Shown in pieces: positions 56,846 through 64,000 of a DNA stretch of 64,000 nucleotides. A program made the translations under genes and the position numbers. Source of the stretch: a virus (taxonomy: Duplodnaviria; Heunggongvirae; Uroviricota; Caudoviricetes); IMG/VR virus record IMGVR_UViG_3300026302_000005, positions 1 to 64,000 of that record, one strand, 5' to 3'. The notes beneath the pieces were generated by a model that saw nothing but the letters and a program-made list of their open reading frames with translations, made no database searches and had not been told where the DNA came from. Within the stretch, counting starts at the first letter, position 1. Each line of letters begins with the position of its first letter.

Positions 56846-57751
56846 ATGCACGATACCCCAAGCTTCGTCAAAACCATGCATCCGCTGCTGACACGAGAGG
56901 CGGAACTGGTGCTGTTCGATCAGTGGCAGGCTGCTAGGACAGCGGGTGACCGTAGGACGGAAAACAAGCTCTTCCAACAGATCGCCATCCAATACAGCCC
57001 CATCGTGAAGAAGCTGGTGAAGAAGATGCGAGGCTACGGCCTGGATCAGTCCGAGATGATGAGCGAGGCACTACTGGCACTCACCAGGGCGGCTATCGAT
57101 TTCGAACCCGACAAAGGTTTCCGTTTCGGCACCTATGCAAGCTCTTGCATCATCAATTCACTGTTCACGTTCGTGACGAAGAACTTCTTCATCGTCAATG
57201 TATGCTCGAACAGCACCAACAAACGGGTGTTTTTCAGTCTGCGTCGGATCATGATGGAGCAAATTCGGACCACTGGTCATGCAGAACTGTCTCACGATCT
57301 CGCCGTATCGATCTCAGAGAGTATGGGAGTCGATCTGGAGACGATCAAGATCATGGGTAGTCTCCTACGGGACCCGTATTCCAGTTTGAACCAACTGGTT
57401 GGTGATGAGTCCGATGACGAGGGTTCGACGACCAGACAGGACATGCTGCTTTCGACCGAGCCGTCCCAGGATGATCAAATTGCCGAACGGGAACTTATCG
57501 CATTGCAGCATAAACTGGTGCAAGAAGCATTGGGGTCGTTGGATCATCGATCCAGCACAATTGTGCAGGCTCAGGTCCTGACACCCGAGGGCGAGCGAAT
57601 CACCCTGGAGGAGTTGGGCGAGCAGTTCAACATCTCGAAAGAGCGAGCCCGTCAGATTCGGGATGCTGGCCTCGAACGGATCAAATCGCACATCACCAAA
57701 TCTCTTGATGCCAAGCGGTTCACGATCAAAGATGTGCTTCCGGTGGATTAA
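56846..57751 (+). CDS. rpoH: RNA polymerase sigma factor, RpoH (sigma32)-like
   Basis: PLLTREAE, FEPDKGFRFGTYA, RpoH-box-like KRVFFSLRR, TLEELGEQFNISKERARQI. Confidence 0.85.
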   Translation: MHDTPSFVKTMHPLLTREAELVLFDQWQAARTAGDRRTENKLFQQIAIQYSPIVKKLVKKMRGYGLDQSEMMSEALLALTRAAIDFEPDKGFRFGTYASSCIINSLFTFVTKNFFIVNVCSNSTNKRVFFSLRRIMMEQIRTTGHAELSHDLAVSISESMGVDLETIKIMGSLLRDPYSSLNQLVGDESDDEGSTTRQDMLLSTEPSQDDQIAERELIALQHKLVQEALGSLDHRSSTIVQAQVLTPEGERITLEELGEQFNISKERARQIRDAGLERIKSHITKSLDAKRFTIKDVLPVD

Positions 57752-60700
57752 GCCCCCCGGAAGCCATACTGTTGCAGGATATCACGGCAGTAGGCATTAC
57801 CACCGTTGTAGGTCCACGTGACACGGCTACCAGGCCGGTTATCAGCATGGATCGTATTGGTCCCCACACCCATTCCGGTGACACCATTTGCGGCCAGCCT
57901 ATCGACAAACGCCCGCTTCTGTGCCACAGTCAGATCACCGATGTGGATATCCAACGCACGACCATACAGGTGCTGAGAGTTCTTGGCACCATCGGCGGCT
58001 GCGTTTGAAGTAGGTGAGCGATATCCACTGTTGAAGCCAAGCTGGGTGATACCGGCCTGGGATGCAGATGCTTCAACAATACCTTTGATCGCACCCACGT
58101 TGGTGAAGTCCGGAGACCGCGATCCCGGCACCCAGTTGATCGGGCCACCCGGAACGATTTCAGGTCCGGGGTTCTGACCAGCATTGGCCGAGCATGCGCC
58201 TTGGAAGTATGGCAGTCGAGCCCCGATTTTCTTCTGCAAAATGGCATAGACCTCAGCATAGGTCTTACTGGTTCCAAAGATCGGACGGTTGGCCCGTGCC
58301 GAAGCCGCAAAGTTCGGATTATCTGCCGGGATACCATTGGGGTTAGATTGTAGTTGCTTCAAGAAACCAATTGCTCCAGCCGAATCATTTCCAGCACCCA
58401 GGAAGTGAGCCAGATACATATCGGTGGCATCGATGTTGGTGATACCACGAGAGACCATGAGGTTGTAGTTGTCCGTAGCGAACTGGGCACCAGCATTGGC
58501 ATTTCGAACTGGGTCATAGACGTTCGATCCCGGCCCACGATCCGTGCTGAGTCCATACTGAGCACCGGTTGCCTTGATGAACTGGAATAGACCAGCAGCA
58601 GAAGAGGTTCCAGCCTTGGCGGTCGGGTTGAACCCGGATTCCTGGGCACAGATCGTCAACAAATACCCATCCGGCAACTGTGGCCCCAGTGTGTTCTGTG
58701 CATTACAGATGGCATTGAACACAACCACATCGATGTTAAACCCGGCCACACTGACCGTCTGTCCACTCGGGGAATACGTAAGGTTCCCACCAACAATACC
58801 ATCACTGTCCGGGATGTTACCGAATTCGGCGACTTCCGTTCGGCGGCGATCCAGAACCGAACAATCCACGGCACCACCGACGTGGGCGAACTTATACATT
58901 GCGTTCTGAACCACATCGAAATTGCCCTGCTGGAGGCCAGTAATGATGCTCAGACCCTCAGGAGTGCCGAGGATGTTCTCGATCCCAACGTTATGAGCGA
59001 AGCTGATCAGTGCATCGAACTGGCCCTGTGTGACCTCCACATCCGGCAAGATACTCTTGACCCAGGTTTCTACCTGAGCAATTTCACTCTTCAAATAGTT
59101 CTCAGCTTCTTCAAGGGCAATCTCGATGTTGTTCTCGAAGTTGCTGCTGAACGATTTGATCTTGCCGAGTAGTTCGGTGCCCATTTCCAGGCCACCGATT
59201 ATATCGCCGACTTGTAGACGCTTACCAAATCCGACCACGTATTCCTGCTGTAGCGGGTCCAGTCGGGGGGTTCGCATGAACGATGATCGTGATTTGATGT
59301 AGTTTACGACGTCAGTCGATGCGGTCATCAAATCAGGAACATGCGTAGTCAGGGGGTTTGCCAGTCGAAGGGATCGATACGTCGGGGCTTCACCCAGAGC
59401 GGGGGATGAGAACGACGATCCACCACCAAAGATCGGTAGTGCCCCCAGGAATGAAGAGAAACCACCAATGACGGAGTTTGCAATCGATGATCCGGGGAAA
59501 CCAGCACCAGTTCGAATGTTCGATGTGATGTCGGATCGGTTACAGGTGTTGTTGGCAGATACCGGAATGGGGGCACCCTGGATGGGTTGGGGGGTAACAC
59601 GGCCATTGGTGCCAGCCGTGCTTCCATATCCACATCGATTGTTCCACGGCTGGTGCTGAGGAACCACCGGAGCAACGCTATCCTGGAATTCTGGTGACCC
59701 GTTTCCATAGATTTGATCTGTGGTCGGAGCCCCAGCCGTCTTTTTGAACGGCGGCATGATGGGAACAGCGGCAACGGCAGCATAGCCATAATCATTCGAT
59801 GTCAGGGTTGGCACGGTTGTTACGCCACCGGGTGGGTTGAGGTTGATGGTAGAACCACCCACGTTCACATCACCAGTCGCAGCCAGATTGACCGCACCGG
59901 CACCGGTGATATCTGCATCCCCACCCGCACCGATCAATAGACTTCCACCAGAACTCAAACTGGTCGTATCGGCAGAAGCCATTCGAAGTTCACCACGGGA
60001 GTCCAGTTCGATGTCGCCGCCAGCCTGGGTTCGAATGCTGGAATTGGATGTTGTGATGATGGCCCCATTGACCGTTTTCAATTCCCGGCCACCAACCCGA
60101 AGGTCCAGATCATTGGTCCAGGTAACCCTGGCATTCCCACCAGTTTGGAAATCGTAATCTCCCTCGACACCGATGATCATATCCCCCTTGTAGGCGGTTT
60201 GTGTGAAACCATCGACGGCCATCGAGTAGTCCCCACCAACCCGTTGGTTGATCGATCCTTTTACATCCAGGTTATAGTTGCCATCAACTGTGAGGTTGTA
60301 GTCCCCCTGGGAGTGCAGGTGAATACCACCACTGGCATAGATCGCAATGTTGCCAGAGTCGGCGACTTCGATCCATGCATTACCGGTCTGAGTGGCGATG
60401 TAGATGAACGGGGTTGAACAAGCATCGTTCATGGTGATCTGAGCACCTGATGAGGTTCGCAAGCGGATCGCTTGGTGATCGGGGTGATCATCCATAACGA
60501 AGTTATGCCCAGTCGAGTTCACATGATAGACGTCGGCAATACGATCCTCGAATGCTCGACCATCGGTATCTCGGTTACGGCGTTCGCTATCGTAGGACCA
60601 TCCTGCGGATTTCAAACCCGTGAGATAGGATGGAGATTCACGCTTTGAACTTGCTAGACCGGCACCCCGTGCCATATCCCCAACCAGGCCAGCACGAGTG

Positions 60701-61374
60701 ATGTTCCGCATCAAGTCGGTGGCGGTAGTTTGGTCAGCAGCCAATGGGTCGTCAGCAGTCCCAGAACGGTCCATAGCGGGCAAGCTGCCATACGGGGGGA
60801 CTTCCCCCTGCAAGCTGGTCGCATTGCGGGTGCTGGCCATCTCTGCGGTGATACCAGGGGTCCCTGGGACCATACTGGTGCGGTTCTTCTTCGGAACCAT
60901 CCCGATCCAATATCCGGAGTTGGCATCACCAGCAGCAAACATAACGGCCACGAAGTCCCCAACCCGTGGCTGGAAGAACATGCCATATGAGTTGACATCA
61001 CCCTGAACAGAGTTCCGTCCATCTGGAGCCGCAGCATTTCGGAAGTCATCAGCACCAAAGAATGGGGTCACCGGTGATACCAATAGCCACCCCAGTCGTA
61101 GCCGCTGGTCAAACGTCAGCCCGCTTGATGCAGACTGATCAGGGGTAGTGCCCCCGTAAATGGGGTTACTGTTCTCATCGAACCGCTTGACGCTGACTTC
61201 GGGGATGTAAACCCATACTCGACCCATACGCTGTTCATCCTGGTCATCCATGACCTGACCAACGTAGAATCCAGGAAGTTGATCCTGAGGGTTAACCTTC
61301 GGGCGACCACCGGCCCATGTGTCACGAGATAGACGGCCAATGCCATCGGAAATACTTGGAGATTTACGCATCAT
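57748..61374 (-). CDS. Baseplate hub/spike (gp5/VgrG-like) with lysozyme-like, lytic transglycosylase and M15 peptidase domains
   Basis: OB-fold (MGRVWVYIP, SYGM..QP.VG), beta-helix repeats, QFDALISFAHNVG, QESGFNP...AAGLFQF, SGYRS...SQH...ALDI...HAD. Confidence 0.85.
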   Translation of the reverse strand: MMRKSPSISDGIGRLSRDTWAGGRPKVNPQDQLPGFYVGQVMDDQDEQRMGRVWVYIPEVSVKRFDENSNPIYGGTTPDQSASSGLTFDQRLRLGWLLVSPVTPFFGADDFRNAAAPDGRNSVQGDVNSYGMFFQPRVGDFVAVMFAAGDANSGYWIGMVPKKNRTSMVPGTPGITAEMASTRNATSLQGEVPPYGSLPAMDRSGTADDPLAADQTTATDLMRNITRAGLVGDMARGAGLASSKRESPSYLTGLKSAGWSYDSERRNRDTDGRAFEDRIADVYHVNSTGHNFVMDDHPDHQAIRLRTSSGAQITMNDACSTPFIYIATQTGNAWIEVADSGNIAIYASGGIHLHSQGDYNLTVDGNYNLDVKGSINQRVGGDYSMAVDGFTQTAYKGDMIIGVEGDYDFQTGGNARVTWTNDLDLRVGGRELKTVNGAIITTSNSSIRTQAGGDIELDSRGELRMASADTTSLSSGGSLLIGAGGDADITGAGAVNLAATGDVNVGGSTINLNPPGGVTTVPTLTSNDYGYAAVAAVPIMPPFKKTAGAPTTDQIYGNGSPEFQDSVAPVVPQHQPWNNRCGYGSTAGTNGRVTPQPIQGAPIPVSANNTCNRSDITSNIRTGAGFPGSSIANSVIGGFSSFLGALPIFGGGSSFSSPALGEAPTYRSLRLANPLTTHVPDLMTASTDVVNYIKSRSSFMRTPRLDPLQQEYVVGFGKRLQVGDIIGGLEMGTELLGKIKSFSSNFENNIEIALEEAENYLKSEIAQVETWVKSILPDVEVTQGQFDALISFAHNVGIENILGTPEGLSIITGLQQGNFDVVQNAMYKFAHVGGAVDCSVLDRRRTEVAEFGNIPDSDGIVGGNLTYSPSGQTVSVAGFNIDVVVFNAICNAQNTLGPQLPDGYLLTICAQESGFNPTAKAGTSSAAGLFQFIKATGAQYGLSTDRGPGSNVYDPVRNANAGAQFATDNYNLMVSRGITNIDATDMYLAHFLGAGNDSAGAIGFLKQLQSNPNGIPADNPNFAASARANRPIFGTSKTYAEVYAILQKKIGARLPYFQGACSANAGQNPGPEIVPGGPINWVPGSRSPDFTNVGAIKGIVEASASQAGITQLGFNSGYRSPTSNAAADGAKNSQHLYGRALDIHIGDLTVAQKRAFVDRLAANGVTGMGVGTNTIHADNRPGSRVTWTYNGGNAYCRDILQQYGFRGA

Positions 61375-63959
61375 GCATACCTACTGAAAACTGCATTGGC
61401 ATTGGCAACCCTACCTCCGTTGTTGGCATGGGCAGCAGCAGGGCGCTCATAATACCGGCTGACCGCCAATGCCGCCTCTGCCACTGTCGTTGCTTGTCGC
61501 AAAGCATTCCCTGCCTGAGATTCTGAACCATTCAACTCATGCACCACAAATCTAACCTGTGCGTCGATACTACCCGGGTCAAGACCTTGACCGCTGGCAA
61601 AGCTGCGAAGTGCAGCCCACCGCTCATTATGCCACTGAGCAATACCGAACGACGTGCCGCCATCACCGACTGCGCCGGTGTTCAGGTTAGGCCCACTCTC
61701 TTGCATGAAGTTTCCTACCAGGCCAGCGGCCTGTTCCGGAGTAAATCCGTTGGCGGTGAAATAGTCGAATGCGATCTTGAGGTGCGCCTCATTCGGCCCA
61801 CCAGTCAGATTGACGGTCGGCTGTGGCGTTGGAGCAGGATAGTTCGATCCCGTGCCATTACCAAGGTTGTCTGAACCGGCTCCACCAACCAGGTTGGTAT
61901 TGCCGCCACCACCCGGTGGGAACGTTGATGCCCCACCGTAAGAGGCAGTTCGCTCGAACATCTCTTCGGCGTAGTTCAGGTGGTTCAGTTTGATACCCTC
62001 GATACTCTGGGTAAACCGACCGTTTTCAAACATAGAGGTCACATCGAGGACCTGATAGAACCCTCCGATGATATTGGGGTGACTGCTACCGTATGGTCGG
62101 CTGGGGTTCATCAGATCGTCCTGATCCGGTGGGAACATCCGGAGATAGATGATTTGTCCACCACGAGGCCGAACCTGAATGGTGTTACTGGGGTTCAGTT
62201 CAGAAACCCCAGCAGCATCATTGATCCTTTGTAGAAGATCGATATCAAGATTCGCATATGGGCTCAACAGCCACACGGGATCACCCCTTACCTTCATCCC
62301 ATTCAGCCGCAACAGGTCCAGGCTGAGGTAGTCACTCATGTAGAGTTCATAATCGTTCCGTCGGGCTTCATCTGGTGATGTGACATCCCCATACAACAGG
62401 GTGTCGGGGTTCTCGTTGAAGCCGCCACCAAGTCGATCAGCACCACGACGGGAATTGGCATTGGATGAACCACTGACATCATAGGCATAGTCACCAAACA
62501 GTCGGTTGATAGTAGTCTCTACCCCAAGGAAGCTCTGGTTTGGATCGAGTATCCGTAGCAAATCAACTGCCCCGGTAGCCCGATCAACGACATCAGATGC
62601 CGAATCTGAGATGGCCGCACCGATGCTACTGGTATCAAGGCGACCGGTGTTCAAGGAGTTATAGTAGAACGCCTTGAGCTTAATGTCGAAGTCGATAACC
62701 TCGGTGTTTTCTTCCGTGTAGATGTAGTTGTAGATGCGACGAAGCATCCCCATCCGGATGATCTCTCGGATACGAAGAAGTTGGTTAGATGGATCAACAT
62801 ACGTGGCGATGTTCTGTCGGTTCACCGGGCCATGTTTGAACGTCAGGTAAGGCTCGATCACATACTGGTGAGTGATCTCAACATAATCGTTGAGGGATGC
62901 ATCTTTGGTAACTGCACCATTGGGGTTACCATAGATCGTGTTGAACCGAACGCAGAATGCCACCCTGGGAATCAGGAATGCGTCATTGTTGGAGTCGGCA
63001 TTGAACAACTCCTGTCCCACCAGGGTATTGGCAATCGATCCACGAAGCATCGTCATGATGTCCACGTCTCGACCAGACGAGATGATGTGGTTGGGATCGG
63101 TATCGTCGTATATCAACTGGTTGGTCTTGAGGAACACGTTGACGTCGAATGGGGACTCCAGCAACATGGTCGGAGCATAGAACTCATAATGCCGAACAAG
63201 CTGACCTTGGGTTCGCTCCGTTTTGGCCGCATTCAAAGCTGTGCTCAACGACAACAGGAATTCACGGAACGTGGTTCCGGAGGCAAGCGATCCGGCGTCC
63301 AACACGAAGTCTTCGGGACGATATGCATGGTGTCCAGCCGGAACCAGATCAACCTCATACAGGGTGCCACTGGACGTGACTTCGGCTTCGATCTGGCTGA
63401 TCGCCATGATCGAACTGATCGTCTTGATCCCACGACCATTACTGACGTCGATCTGCTCAGTCCACTGACCGGAATCCTGGTCATAACCGGAGAAAGAGAC
63501 ATCGACCCGATATAGGATGCGACCCGGGTTGATATCGGTGTATCCTAGCTGGATCGCAGTATCACGGATATCCTCGTGTAGTCGGAACCCGTGGGGTTCG
63601 GCGATCCGCATCTTCATCGACAGCATGGTGCTGATCAACGGGTTGTTTTCGGATGGCTCAGTGAGGTTTTTGACCGTCAGGCTGGCAATATTGTAGTAGT
63701 TCCGTTGTGTCTTGGTTCCAGACACCAATGGATTATTGGTGAGAGCTTCACCTGTGCTGGCCAGAGTTACCGAGCCGTCGGCCCGGTTTTGGGATTTCAT
63801 CGTGTTGATGTCAACCTGTGTGGACTGAGCATTGAACCCACCACGCTGATATGCCAGAGCCGCATCCTGTGTGATCATGGTCAAAGAGATATGATATTGC
63901 ACATCCATGTAGCAGTTCAATGGATTGTCATGAACGACCTCGGCTCCAGGACCGATCAC
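61371..63959 (-). CDS. Tail/baseplate protein with C-terminal phage tail lysozyme domain
   Basis: YNYIYT.EN.EVIDFDI, VRGDP.WL, GNFMQESG...GIAQW...YERP. Confidence 0.8.
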   Translation of the reverse strand: MIGPGAEVVHDNPLNCYMDVQYHISLTMITQDAALAYQRGGFNAQSTQVDINTMKSQNRADGSVTLASTGEALTNNPLVSGTKTQRNYYNIASLTVKNLTEPSENNPLISTMLSMKMRIAEPHGFRLHEDIRDTAIQLGYTDINPGRILYRVDVSFSGYDQDSGQWTEQIDVSNGRGIKTISSIMAISQIEAEVTSSGTLYEVDLVPAGHHAYRPEDFVLDAGSLASGTTFREFLLSLSTALNAAKTERTQGQLVRHYEFYAPTMLLESPFDVNVFLKTNQLIYDDTDPNHIISSGRDVDIMTMLRGSIANTLVGQELFNADSNNDAFLIPRVAFCVRFNTIYGNPNGAVTKDASLNDYVEITHQYVIEPYLTFKHGPVNRQNIATYVDPSNQLLRIREIIRMGMLRRIYNYIYTEENTEVIDFDIKLKAFYYNSLNTGRLDTSSIGAAISDSASDVVDRATGAVDLLRILDPNQSFLGVETTINRLFGDYAYDVSGSSNANSRRGADRLGGGFNENPDTLLYGDVTSPDEARRNDYELYMSDYLSLDLLRLNGMKVRGDPVWLLSPYANLDIDLLQRINDAAGVSELNPSNTIQVRPRGGQIIYLRMFPPDQDDLMNPSRPYGSSHPNIIGGFYQVLDVTSMFENGRFTQSIEGIKLNHLNYAEEMFERTASYGGASTFPPGGGGNTNLVGGAGSDNLGNGTGSNYPAPTPQPTVNLTGGPNEAHLKIAFDYFTANGFTPEQAAGLVGNFMQESGPNLNTGAVGDGGTSFGIAQWHNERWAALRSFASGQGLDPGSIDAQVRFVVHELNGSESQAGNALRQATTVAEAALAVSRYYERPAAAHANNGGRVANANAVFSRYA

Positions 63960-64000
63960 GATGTCCAGGCCATTAACCGTAATCGGGGTGGTTTGACTTG

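Noticed and set aside
1-64000. CRISPR array, transposon, group I/II intron or stop-codon recoding
   Set aside because: No regularly spaced direct repeats and no transposase, RT or homing endonuclease ORFs seen; genes are intact and densely packed under the standard code, with TAG, TGA and TAA all used as stops

Overview
A 64 kb segment of a large lytic myovirus (jumbo-phage-like), probably infecting a Proteobacterium (it carries an RpoH-type sigma factor). No integrase or CRISPR array was seen. From left to right: (i) a small promoter-driven structured RNA and a ~780-nt GOLLD-like RNA; (ii) a radical SAM / 2OG-Fe(II) dioxygenase cluster; (iii) tRNA-Arg plus three tRNA-Glu genes next to a glutamyl-tRNA synthetase that lacks the anticodon-binding domains; (iv) a ~13 kb late-type operon of multidomain proteins (ADP-ribosyltransferase folds, GNAT, 2H phosphoesterase, Nudix, zincin, J-like). 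Their N-termini resemble the T4 capsid-targeting sequence and their domains are separated by hydrophobic-X-Glu motifs, which suggests head-packaged, protease-cut effector polyproteins; this is the most interesting candidate system; (v) a MoxR/vWA pair; (vi) a glycosyltransferase cluster; (vii) tail and baseplate genes, interrupted by a tRNA-like element, a ROOL-like RNA and an inverted sigma factor. All calls come from reading motifs by eye. No database searches or folding programs were run.
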